Positions 1 through 17,968 are shown, numbered from the stretch's first letter. The stretch: 64,000 nucleotides of DNA from the human T2T-CHM13v2.0 reference genome, Homo sapiens (GCF_009914755.1 NC_060925.1); one strand, 5' to 3'. Notes: generated by a model from the letters alone, not told the origin. Made by a program: numbers and translations.

Positions 1-350
1 ATGGCAAGACTCTGTCTCTACAAAAAATACAAAAATTAGTTGGGCATGGTGGCACATGCCTATAATCCCAGCTACTAAGGAGGCTGAGGTGGGAGGACTG
101 CTTGAGCTCAGGAGGTCAAGGCTGCAGTGAGCCATGATCGAGCCACTGCACTCCAGCCTGGGTGACAGAGCAAGAACCTGTCTCAAAAATAGTCATCATC
201 ATAATAAATAATAAATTTTAAAAATCATCACCATGTAGACCATTTCATGTGCTCATTAGCCACATTGGGCTGGTGAATGAAGCACAGACTTACAGGGATC
301 CTATTCCATCCTCAGACCACTCTGATAGGAAGTTTTCCACTAGATGGTAA

Positions 351-599
<249 letters not shown>

Positions 600-3215
600 T
601 AATTTTTTTGTATTTTTTAATAGAGACAGGGTTTCACCATGTTAGCCAGGATGGTCTCAATGTCCTGACCTCGTGATCTGCCCGCCTCGGCCTCCCAAAG
701 TGCTGGGATTACAGGCGTGAGCCACCACACCTGGCCTTTTTTTTTTTTTTTTTTAAGACAGAATCAGCCGGGCTGTTAATCCCAGCTACTCAGGAGGCTG
801 AGGCAGGAGAATCGCTTGAACTCAGGAGGTGGAGGTGGCAGTGAGCCGAGACCGCAGCACCGCACTGCAGCCTGAGTGACAGAGCAAGACTCTGTCTCAA
901 AAAAAAAAAAAAAAAAGAGAGAGACAGAGTCTCTCTATGTCACCCAGGCTGGTCTCAAACTTCTGGCCTCAAGGGATCCTCCCACCTCAGCCTCCCAGAG
1001 TGCTGAGATTTGAGATTACAGGGGTGAGCCGCTGCACCCAGCTCCCTTGACTATCTCTGCAACTTCTCTGTAAATCTAAAATGATTCCAAATAAAAAGTT
1101 TATTAAACACAGATATTATATATTGTGGGTATCATATTAGGAATCCTGGGGGGAAAGGCAATAATAAAAAAAAGATTCTGACTTGGCTCTGGTTGAATAA
1201 CAAAGAAGAAAACAATGAAAAAGAAAAAAAAAAAGAAAAGAGACCAAGCAGAGACCTCTGAGGCTGCATTTCAGGAAGCATGGGGAAGGGGTGGAGTAGA
1301 GTAGTAAACCAAATGAAATTGTAGGTTGGATCAGGGTTAAGTTTTTGGGACTTTATCCTGTGGCATGGGGAGTCATTGAAGGCTATTGAGCAAGGGTGTG
1401 GCCTGATTACATAGTGATTCAGCCAAGGTCACACAGTCCAGCTTCCCTCGATCCTTCCCTCCCCCTACCCACTGCCCCTCCCTTCCACGTGCTCTTCCAT
1501 CTTTGCCTCCAGAGGCCTAGCTCTGGCACGACTCTAAGTCACTAGCATAGAGATGATCACCTCCACTGCCCACACCTGCCCTAGCCTTGTTCAGGTGTCT
1601 TTAAAGACTCAACATTTTTTTGTTTGTTTGTTTGTTTTGAGAAGCAGTCTCTGTCGCGCAAGCTGCAGTGGCGCAATCTCGGCTCACTGTAATCCCCGCC
1701 TCCCAGATTCAAATGTTTCTCATGCCTCAGCCTCCAGAGTAGCTGGGATTACAGGTGCGTACCACCACACCCAGCTAGTAGAGACGGGGTTTCACTGTGT
1801 TGGCCAGGTCTCAAACTCCTGGCCTCCACCTGCCTCGGCCTCCCAAAGTGCTGGGATTACAGGTGTGAGCCACCACGCCTGACCCTCAACATTTATTTTT
1901 TATTCTCGCTCTGTTGCCCAGGCTGGAGTGCAGTGGCGCAATCACACCTCACTGCAACTTCAAACTCCTGTGCTCCAGTGATCCTTCTGCCTTGGTCTCT
2001 TGAGTAGCTGAGACTACCAGTGAGGCTCAACATTTAGAATCTCAACATGCCACACCTGGTAAGGGCTGGCACCATTCCACCGACCCAGCACAGAGACCTC
2101 TTGGGCAGGGAGTTGCAGGGTGGAGCCTTATGCAAAATTCCACAAGTTCTAGGTTGAGTCATTTCTTCCACCACACCCACTCTGCTCACTCTCTCCTCCC
2201 CCAGTGAGATAAGTCCAGTACATCGGTGGAGGAAGGGGGCTCAGCAGCAGAAGATGGGGAAGACGGGGCTTCAAGGCTAAACCAGAATATTGTGCCACCA
2301 GGAGAATTGTCAATTCTCTCTTCAACGAGCCTTCTTGAAACCACACATATGCCCAGGTCAGAAGCTGGGAAAAGGAAGTTGGATAGAAAAAGGAGTTGAA
2401 GGGGAATAAATGTATTTGTGTAGTTTTTTCCTGCCAGCAATAGCAGCAATGAGAGTTCAAGGCTAGAATTAATTAGACTCTCACACCCCAATTAAGCCAG
2501 TTTTCTCCATCCTGGTTGTTAACAAAAGGCTAACATTATTAAACAATCTGTTCTGTGCCAGGCACTGTATGTATAACTTCATTTGTTCCTTATGGCAAAT
2601 CTGTATTAGTATACCCATTTTATAAATGAGAAAACTGAGGCTTGGAGAAGGTAATGATGTGTCCAGGTTTACGCAACTAGTATGTGATGGAGCTGGCAAA
2701 GAGCAAAACCAATTCAAGTCTTCAGAAGACTGCATGGGTTTAAAAGTGCTCTGGGGGAATTTCATCTTTCAGGGGAGAAGGAAATGGTTTTATAGTAAAA
2801 TCCTTATTCCTTTCAGGGTATTCAGTGCCTATTTCTGACCCCTGCCGTGACTGGAGTGGTCACAGCATGGAGAGAATCTCTGACCTCAAAGCCATGCCCT
2901 TCTTTTTGCCCAGAAGGGTGCGTCGCCATATCTGCATGTGTCCCTCCTCACTTCATTCAGGTCTCTGCCTAAAAATCAGAGAAGCCTTCTCTGATCACCC
3001 TATCCAAATGACAACCTCCATGTGTAGCCTCATAATCAGTCTAATTTGTCTTCATAGCACCTACCACGCCTTGACATATTTATAGACATTTCTTTGCTTA
3101 TTGTCTGTCTCCACCCACTAGAATGTAAACTCCAGGAGGACAGGACCTGGTCTGTTTTGTTCACTGCTGTATTCTCAGTGCCTGGGATGGTGCCTGACAT
3201 ATAGTAGGCCCCTAA

Positions 3216-3368
<153 letters not shown>

Positions 3369-4986
3369 TGAGTAGCTGGGATTACATGCTTTTGCCACCA
3401 TGCCTCACTAATTTTTGTATTTTAAGTAGGGGCAGAGGTTTCACCATGTTGGCCAGGCTGATCTTGAACTCATGGCCTCAAGTGATCCACCCACCTCAGC
3501 TTCCCAAAGTGCTGGGATTACAGGTGTGAGCTCCCACCCCCAGTCACAAATATGTGTTGAATGAATACAAAGGGAAAATTCAGCTTGCTTTCACTAAGAG
3601 TATTTGACACTCCCACTTCCATCAGCTGCTAAATTCGTCTTACCCCTCAAAGCCTTGCTCCTTTGTCCTCTCTTCAGGGACTTCTCCCTCATCTTCCCCA
3701 GCCCAGGGATTGATACAGCCACCCAACCAGCTGCTCCAGCCAGGAACTGGAAGATACCCTCACCTCCTCCTTCTTTCTTCCCACCTCTGCTCCCCGACTC
3801 CCCATTACTTCCAGTGTTCAATTAATCACCAACTCCAGTCCACTCTGCCTCTTTTTAAAAGTTTTTGGGACAGGGTCTCACTCTGTTGCCCAGGCTGGTC
3901 TCGAACTCCTAGGCTCAAGTAGTCCTCCCACCTCTGCCTCCCAAAGTGCTGGGGTTACAGGCATGAGCCACCGTGCCTGGCCTCCATTCTGCCTCTTAAT
4001 TATCTCCTAAATCTGCTCATATCTCCCAATATTTGCTACACCCCCCCTACCAGGCAACCCTCCTATTTTCACTGGGTTACTGCACCAACTTTCTCACCAG
4101 CCTCCTGCCTCCAGTTTGGCCCCTGCCAGTCAGTCTCCATATTGCAATCAGTGATTGGTGTAAAGCTCAAATTTTCTCGGTAAACAAAGCATTGAGTCCT
4201 TAGTGGCCTGAGATAAAGTCCAAGATCTTAATGTGGGTTGCAAAGCCCTGCCCCATCTGACCACAGCCTCATTCTTAGCCATACTCTGCTCCTGCCTCTT
4301 TGAACTATTTCCAGTTCCCCAAATGTGCTCCTGATAGTTATTTTGCCTGGGAGCTCAGGCCAACTCCTGCTCATCATTCAGGCCTCAGCTCGGATGTTGC
4401 TTTCTCCAGGAAAGCCTCCCTGACTTCTGTCCAACCAGGCTGGGCTAGAGGTCCTTAGTGTATCTTAGGGTATAGAATCAGGGCATTCTCCCTACCTGGA
4501 GGACTGCTGGTGGTCACTGGTCCAATTTCCACCCTTTTCCGTTTCTTGATAGTGTCACTGCTTAAATAGCCTTCTCTGCTTCTCCGATGCCTCTCACCCT
4601 TCAAGACCTATCTTTCTAGACTTGTTATCTAGAAAACTCTCTGGGGAGTAAAAAGAAGGCAGCCTCTGAGTGAGGATGCCCCAAGCTCAAGCCACCTCTG
4701 CCACTTCTTAGTGATACAACCTTGGGCATGTCATTGTAAAATGGAGATGATAACGTTAATATCTACCTCACAGTTGTTATAAGTAAAATTATAAATGTTA
4801 AAGGACAATTGGCCGGGCGCAGTGGCTCATGCCTAGAATCCCATCACTTTGGGAGGCCAAGGCGAACGGATCATCTGCGGTCAGGAGGTCGAGACCAGCC
4901 TGGCCAACATGGCGAAACCCTATCTCTACTAAAAACACAAAAATTAGTAGGGCGTGGTGGCACATGCCTGTAATTTCAGCTACTCA

Positions 4987-5091
<105 letters not shown>

Positions 5092-5420
5092 TCACAAAAA
5101 AAAAAAAAAGAAAGAAAGATGTTAAAGGACAATGTAAACACTGCGATGTGTTATGGAGACGTGAGAATGATTATTCTCTGCTGGCACTGTGCTCCTGCAG
5201 CACTCACAGGCTGTGACCTGCCATTTGCATTTCATTATATCCTGCCTCCAGTGACCTGCTCTCTGCAACCAGTGTGGAAGCCAGCTAGGTTCTCTTCTCT
5301 AGCTCTTCCGCATCCCCTAGAGTTCAGAGATTAGTGGTGAGTAAATAGAAGGTGTATGTGATTATAACCAACTACCATTTATTTATCACCTACTATGCAC
5401 TAATTACTTTACATATATTA

Positions 5421-6020
<600 letters not shown>

Positions 6021-6169
6021 TGATCCGCCTGCCTCAGCCTCCCAAAGTTCTGGGATTACAGGCTTGAGCCACCACACCTGGCCCACATAGCTGTATTTCT
6101 AATTCTCAGAACTACCTGGGAGACAAGTAATTTTATCTCCACGATGCAACCTAAGGCTTAGAAAAATTA

Positions 6170-6505
<336 letters not shown>

Positions 6506-6589
6506 TTAAATAACTTGTCCAAGGTCACAGAGCTGTTGAGGTTAGGGACCTTGGGAATCTTTCTGGCACTTCCCCCAGCTTGATGTTAA

Positions 6590-7055
<466 letters not shown>

Positions 7056-7331
7056 TAAAATGAAAATTAAGATACAGCTCCACCCAAAGCACTGTCACAA
7101 AGTCCTGGTTCTGTGAATGTAGAGTGTGACAGGTGGTCAGGAAAAGCCCTGCGACATCTTCTAGCTGTGTCAGCACTGAAGTGATGCCCACATCTTACAC
7201 ATGGAAAGTAGATCGGAGTGGGATCTGTTAGCCAGATCACTCACAGTAAGGGAATGGTCCGCTATTACAAGGGTTTCTATCCTCTATGACAAAGATTTTA
7301 ATTTAGGAAGAGAAGATGCAGGGTTCATAGT

Positions 7332-7350
7332 GAGCCACAAGGTGGCACTG
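7332..7350 (+). promoter_or_regulatory. Candidate CTCF site
   Basis: GAGCCACAAGGTGGCACTG closely matches the CTCF core (CCASYAGRKGGCRS) in non-repeat sequence. Motif match only. Confidence 0.5.
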
Positions 7351-7711
7351 TGAGAGGAGGGCACACAAAGTACCGAATTAGAACCTCTGGACGTGAAGGA
7401 TTAGAAGAGATTTTACAGCAGAGAAATACAAAGTAAACACCTCCTTTTACAGAAGAGATATGAGGTCCAGAGAAGTTATCCAAGTTGTAGAGTTTTGTGG
7501 TTAAGCCAGTACCAGAGACCCAGGTCTGTCTGTTTCTAAGTGTGGTGCACTTAACCTGTAATGCTCACCAAATCACATCTACAGATTCCCACCCATTGCA
7601 TGGTGTGATCTTACTCAAGTCACTGATGTATTTCTGGGTCTCAGTCTTCCTGACCATAGAATGTAGGACTAGTCTAGATCTGGTTTTCTTTTTCTTTTTC
7701 CTTTTTTTTGA

Positions 7712-7930
<219 letters not shown>

Positions 7931-7977
7931 TGATGTGCCCACCTCGGTTTCCCAAAGTGCTGGGATTACAGGCGTGA

Positions 7978-8145
<168 letters not shown>

Positions 8146-9002
8146 TAGGCATGCACCACCATGCTCAGCTAATTTTTTTGTATTTTTAGTAGAGATGGGG
8201 TTTCACCATGTTGGCCAGGCTGGTCTCGAACTCCTGACCTCAAATGGCTCGCCCGCCTCGCCTCCCAGAATGCTGGGATTACAGGTGTGAGCCACCGTGC
8301 CTGGGTTTTTTTGTTTGTTTGTTTTTGTTTGTCTGTTTGTTTAGGAGCAGAAGTTTAATAGGTAAGAGAAAGAGAAAGGAAAACAGCTCTCTTCTCTAGT
8401 GAAAGAGAGGGGACTTCTGAGAGGAAAAGGCTGGCCAGTGGCGGATGCACTGGATTTTATATGCAGGCTTGAGGAGGTGCTGTCTGCATAGACAGAAAGG
8501 ATAGGAGACATGGCAGTCATGGACAGAAAAGGAGGAGATTACGACAGAAAAGTTGGAGATCCTGTTGCTGACACCCCATCGGGTGGTTGGAGGCTGGGGT
8601 CAGTCCAGAAGCCTTTGGATAACACCAGGGGGTAGCCTCAGCCAGAAATCCTCAGTTACTTCCAGGACCTCTTCCAGCCCCACATGACAGCTAAGTCCTC
8701 TGTGAAAGGAAGCTGGTTCAAACATGGCTAATATGCCCAGCAATCTGTGGGTACTGGGGGATTCTCCGTGTTCTCCTCAGCAAGCCTCACATCTAAGTCT
8801 TTAAGAACACGCCATGCTAATCGCATTCTTAAATGGCTGAAGGATGCCTGTTAGTGATTTGATTTGGTTCTAAAATGGAGGCCTGACACGGTGTGGCCGA
8901 CACCTGGTATCCCATCATTTTGGTAGGCTGAGGCAGGCAGATCACCTGATGTCAGGAGTTCAAGACCAGCCTGGCCAACAAGACAAAACCCCATCTCTAC
9001 TA

Positions 9003-9140
<138 letters not shown>

Positions 9141-9253
9141 TCAGAGAGGAAGATCCTGCCTCAAAGTAAAATAAAATAAAATAAAATAAAATGGAGGCTG
9201 AGAGCCCCAAAATGAAAGGACAGAGTTGGAGTCTGCTCCTCTACTCACTGTTT

Positions 9254-10824
9254 TTTTTTTTTTTTGCCAGTCTTTGTCAGAAAATATATTTATTATTGAT
9301 AGTGAGTGAAGTAAAGATGTGAGTATTCACTATAGAGGTTATATCAGCCAAGGTTGCCTTCATATTGATAAAAATACCTTATCTCACTTGTAATCATAAA
9401 CATTATTCCAGTAGAAGAGGTACATTTTCTCTCCTTTTTGTCTTCTTGCCTGTATAACCACCATAATAAGTTACAATGAAATAGCTTTTATATAATCAAA
9501 GGAGAAAAGAAAGAGAGACAAAACCAACATGCCACAGCCTAGACAATTCCATCCAGCACTGCTGCCTCCAGATCTGTTTTCTGGCTTTCTCCACCCAGCA
9601 CTGCTGCCTCCAGATCTATGTTTTGTGGCTCTCTCCTCACCCTACTCCAATTAATTTAGCCCCCGACCCCATCTACTTTGTTAGGGTGGAGGTTCACCAA
9701 ATGATGGGGCTTGTTCAGAAGAGAAACATTTTATGGTCAGTGGAAGTTGAGTAGAAAGTACCAAAATGTGGAGAGGGCTGCCCTTCTCTTTTAATCATCA
9801 TAAGAGGGTTTGCTAATACTGAAGAGTGTCCTTTAATGACTGATCCCTGATCAAGGCTTTGGCCCTTCAAATTGCTGCTGTTCAAAATGTGAAATGATTC
9901 TGCTGAATCCATTCTTGGTGTCTCTCTTTAGTGGTCTTCTCATTAGTGGTCTTCTCTTCAAATGGGTTGTTTTCTCACTAGGAAAAACAATGTTCCATCT
10001 CTGGAATTAACGTTGATGGTGTTTTGCTCATTCTGAAAGTTTTTATCCTCCCTTCTCAAGCATGGCCACTCTGGGTGGCCAGAGTGGAGCATTTGAAGGT
10101 CTGGTGGGTGTTCTCACGGTAACACTGAAGAATTTTGGCCTGCAGATCAGCACAGACTGGATGAGACTCATACCGCTTGAACTTTGCTTCCACCTCTTCA
10201 GCAGCTTTCTGATATTGTTCAGTGGTGACTCTGAAGAACTCTGAGTTCCTCTTCTCCAGTCTAGCCAGCTGTTCGTTGTAGAATGCATCCTGCTTCTTTA
10301 GCACTCGGTCTTTCTCTTCCAGCTGCCTAGCCAGGTGCTTTGCCTTAGCGCGTTCCTCCTCGCTAGATATCCTCTCCCGAAGGATGGCTCTGGTTAACTG
10401 CTCATTGGCAGCAACCCTCTCTCGGTCCAGCTCTTTGGCTGCTTTAGTCGTTTCTCATCTTCAGATTCTTTCTTGGCTTGCTCCAATGCCAGCTCCTCAG
10501 CTACTCTTCTTTTCAATTCTTCATCAGAAACTGAGGCACCATAAGCACCAGAATACCGCTGAGACTTCGAACCAGATGGAGAGGATTCCTTCATTCGATC
10601 AATCACATTTTCTGAAAGCCGGATGCCCTTCACCACGGTAATGTTCTCATTCTCGTCCGCCTCGAAGGTGACCCGGCGGGTGCTGGTGGTCCCACCCATG
10701 GCTCCGGTTCCTGCCCCAGCGGAGACCTAGCGCGGAACCACGAGCACTTCGGGGCCCCCGCGCCCACACGCGCATGGAAGGGCCTGGATTCTTTTCCCGC
10801 ACGGCGGGAGCAAGGCCACGGCCC
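9254..10824 (-). pseudogene. CHCHD3P3: Full-length processed pseudogene of CHCHD3 (MIC19), probably CHCHD3P3
   Basis: Intronless. ORF 10699-10394 begins MGGTTSTRRVTFEADENENITVVKGIRL and frameshifts near 10440; the C-terminal half is in other frames (...LEKGG*, stop 10043-10045). 3' UTR with AATAAA (9289-9294), poly(A) 9251-9265, TSD CTACTCACTGTTT (9241-9253 / 10825-10837). The P-number is from recall. Confidence 0.95.
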
Positions 10825-10858
10825 CTACTCACTGTTTCAATGAATTATGTACCTTGGT

Positions 10859-10877
10859 ATCCTGGACAAGGTCCCCA
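10859..10877 (-). other. Retroviral primer-binding site, tRNA-Pro-like
   Basis: Minus strand reads TGGGGACCTTGTCCAGGAT, 3 nt after the LTR end. Resembles the tRNA-Pro PBS TGGGGGCTCGTCCGGGAT with CpG decay and one extra base. Confidence 0.65.
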
Positions 10878-10986
10878 ATATGAAGCAACTATGTTGTCTG
10901 GGTAAGTACCCAGGGTTCATCATCTCACACCAAGAAAATTTAGGACATGGACACACATGAGGAGTTTAGGAGCAGAGGTTTAATAG

Positions 10987-11196
<210 letters not shown>

Positions 11197-11426
11197 TGAG
11201 TAGCTGAGTAGCAGGCAGATTACTTGAGCTCAGAAGTTCAAGATCAGCCTGGGCAACAACATGGGGAAACTCTGTCTCTACCAAAAAAAAAGTAGAGATG
11301 AGATCTTGCTATGTTGCCCAGGCTGGTCGTAAACTTGAACCAGGGAGGCAGAGGTTGCAGTGAGCCAAGATTGCACCACTGCCTTCCAGCCTGGGCGACA
11401 GAGCGAGACTCTGTCTCAAAAAAAAA

Positions 11427-14648
<3,222 letters not shown>

Positions 14649-14776
14649 TAGAGGACACTGTGAGAGATTATGACTAGGGAACCAACCTAGCCCTGTTCAA
14701 GAAAGGCCTTCCTGGCCAGGCACGGTGGCTCATGTCTGTAATCCTAGCATTTTGGGAGGCGAAGATGGGTGGATCA

Positions 14777-15066
<290 letters not shown>

Positions 15067-15096
15067 TTAGGACTCAGCCAGGCAAAGAGAGGAAGT

Positions 15097-15640
15097 GTTC
15101 TAGTTATAATGGGTGCATACCAAATTTCTCCAATGCTTATTGGCATAAAACAGCCGTTTATTACAATCACGAGTTCCCTGGGTCAGGAATTCAGGCAAGA
15201 CACCACAGGTGGCTTATCTCTGCACCAGTGTCTGGGGACTATCTGGAGCACTTAAAGGCAGAAACGTGGAATCATCTAAAGGTGGTGGTTGATGTCCGCT
15301 GTTGGCTAGGGGCCTCAGCTCCTCTGCACGTGGGCTTCTTTGAGTGATCGCTCCACGTGGGCCAGTTTGGGCTTCCTCAGCACAGGACTAGGTTCCAAGG
15401 GCAAACATCCCAAGAAAGAGACTCAGGCAGAAGTAGTATCACCTTTTATGACCCAACTTCAGTAGTCACTCGGCATTCTGTCTCCTGCATTCTAGTTGTT
15501 GAGGCGGTCAATAAGAGTCCCATTCCATTTCAAGGGGAGGGGAAACAAAAACAGACTCCATCTCTTGATGAGGAAGCGGCAAGATTCTGGAATAGCAGAA
15601 ATATTGCCATGGCCGTTTTAGGAAAGCACAATCTACCACA
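15097..15640. mobile_element. MaLR LTR (MLT1-type) solo LTR
   Basis: TG...CA bounded, with typical MLT1 motifs (GGGTCAGGAATTCAGGCA, CACGTGGGC, CAATCTACCACA). Confidence 0.7.
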
Positions 15641-16061
15641 GAGGGAAGAGTGTTTCAGTGTGGGAGAATGCTTCAGCAAAAATCTTCCGGTGAGAGAAGG
15701 CAGGGCCCACCCTAAGACAGAAAAGAAGCCTGGTAAGGCTAGCCAAGAGGAGACTGGTAGAAAATGAGGCTTACGAGGTCAAAAACCAACATCCTCATTC
15801 TTGGGCTGAGGAAGTGTATCATCTTAACAGCTATGGTGCCTCCCTTCTATTTAATGCTTTATAAGCGACAAAGCGATGCCTCAGTTCTTTCCTCATTTGT
15901 TTCAAACAACAGTCCTGTGAGGGACGTATGCTTAGCCCTATAAAGACGAAGAAACTAAGCATCAGTGACATGAAGTGGAAGGCAACACAGTGGGGCAGGA
16001 CTACTCACAGCAATTTTAGGTGTCACATGGATAAACATTTTACATGTTAATAGTTAATGTC

Positions 16062-16643
16062 TCCTGGTATGATTCCATCCTGAGCGGCTGTTCTCTTGAG
16101 CAGCGTTCATTTATCTCCGTCTGCCTTCTGTCCCACCTAAGTGTGTGCCGCCACCCAATAGAAGATTCGATGGACATGGACATGAGCCCCCTGAGGCCCC
16201 AGAACTATCTTTTCGGTTGTGAACTAAAGGCTGACAAAGATGATCACTTTAAGGTGGATAATGATGAAAATGAGCACCAGTTATCTTTAAGAACGGTCAG
16301 TTTAGGGGCTGGTACAAAGGATGAATTGCACATTGTTGAAGCAGAGGCAATGAATTACAAAGGCAGTCCAATTAAAGTAACACTGGCAACTTTGAAAATG
16401 TCTGCACAGCCAACAGTTTCCCTTGGGGGCTTTGAAATAACACCACCAGTGGTCTTAAGATTTAAGTGTGGTTCAGGGCCAGTGCATATTAGTGGACAGC
16501 ACTTAGTAGCTGTGGAGGAAGATGCAGAGTCAGAAGATGAAGAGGAGGAGGATGTGAAACTCTTAAGTATATCTGGAAAGCGGTCTGCCCCTGGAGGTGG
16601 TAGCAAGGTTCCACAGAAAAAAGTAAAACTTGCTGTTGATGAA

Positions 16644-16676
<33 letters not shown>

Positions 16677-17968
16677 GATGATGAGGAAGCTGAAGAAAAA
16701 GTGCCAGTGAAGAAATCTATATGAGATACTCCAGCCAAAAATGCACACAAGTCAAATCAGAATGGAAAAGACTCAAAACCATCATCAGCACCAAGATCAA
16801 AAGGACAAGAATCCTTCAAAACACAGGAAAAAACTCCTAAAACACCAAAAGGATCTAGTTCTGTAGAAGACATTAAAGCAAAAATGCAAGCAAGTATAGA
16901 AAAAGGTGGTTCTCTTCCCAAAGTGGAAGCCGAGTTCATCAATTTTGTGAAGAATTGCTTCTGGATGACTGACCAAGAGGCTATTCAAGATCTCTGGCAG
17001 TGGAGGAAGTCTCCTTAAGAAAATAGTTTCAACAATTTGTTAAAAATTTTCCATCATATTTCATTTCTGTAACAGTTGATATCTGGCTGTCCTTTTTTTT
17101 TTTTTTTACTTTTGTTTGGCAATTGCAAAATTTATTTTATACAGAAAATATTTCACTTAATTTGAATAAAATCTTTTTTTCCATTAAAGTTTTTTTTAAT
17201 TTTATTACTATTATACTTTAAGTTTTAGGGTACATGTGCACAACGTGCAGGTTTGTTACATATGTATACATGTGCCATGTTGGTGTGCTGCACCCATTAC
17301 CTCGTCATTTAGCATTAGGTATATCTCCTAATGCTATCCCTCCCCCCTGCCCCCACCCCACCACAGTCCCCAGTGTGTGACGTTCCCCTTCCTGCGTCCA
17401 TGTGTTCTCATTGTTCAATTCCCACCTATGAGTGAGAACATGCGGTGCTTGGTTTTTTGTCCCTGCGATAGTTTGCTGAGAATGATGGTTTCCAGCTTCA
17501 TCCATGTCCCTACAAAGGACATGAACTCATCATTTTTTATTGCTGCATAGTATTCCGTGGTGTATATGTGCCAGATTTTCTTAATCCAGTTTATCATTGT
17601 TGGACATTTGGGTTGGTTCCAAGTCTTTGCTGTTGTGAATAGTGCCACAATAAACATACGTGTGCATGTGACTTTATAGCAGCATGCTGCTATAAAGTCA
17701 CATGGCTGTCCTTTTTATAATGCAGAGTGAGAACTTTCCCTACCGTGTTTGATAAATGTTGTCCAGGTTCCATTGCCAAGAATGTGTTGTCCAAAATGCC
17801 TGTTTAGTTTTTAAAGATGGAACTCACCCTTTGCTTGGTTTTAAATATGTATGGAATGTTATGATAGGACATAGTAGTAGCGGTGGTCAGACATGGAAAT
17901 TGTGGGAAGACAAAAATATGCCTGTGAAATAAAACTCAATATTTTAATAAAGTAAAAAAAAAAAAAAA
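16062..17968 (+). pseudogene. NPM1P39: Full-length processed pseudogene of NPM1 (nucleophosmin), probably NPM1P39
   Basis: Intronless [26 protein letters not shown]...DLWQWRKSP*. Start codon ATG>ATA (16158-16160), internal CGA>TGA (16722-16724), native stop 17016-17018. AATAAA and poly(A) near 17946-17969. TSD AGTTAATGTC (16052-16061 / 17969-17978). The P-number is from recall. Confidence 0.96.
17098..17702 (-). mobile_element. 5'-truncated young L1PA (about PA3-PA5) with 3' transduction, inserted in the NPM1 retrocopy 3' UTR
   Basis: ORF 17657-17415 is the ORF2p C-terminus (TWNQPKCPTM...SLIGGN*). L1 3' UTR runs to ~17209. TSD TGGCTGTCCTTTTT (17084-17097 / 17703-17716); poly(A) to 17107. Confidence 0.93.

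Noticed and set aside
9553-9637. 42-bp tandem duplication in the CHCHD3P 3' UTR
   Set aside because: It may be inherited from the parental mRNA; I cannot show it is locus-specific without alignment.
9254-10880. Retroviral capture (transduction) of CHCHD3 by the ERV
   Set aside because: The 13-bp TSD and poly(A) show L1-mediated insertion into a pre-existing provirus.
15357-15767. 136-aa ORF
   Set aside because: Lies mostly in an MLT1 LTR, has a non-ATG start and no recognisable domain.
16355-16750. Minus-strand Ser-rich 131-aa ORF
   Set aside because: Antisense shadow of the NPM1 acidic GAT/GAA tracts.
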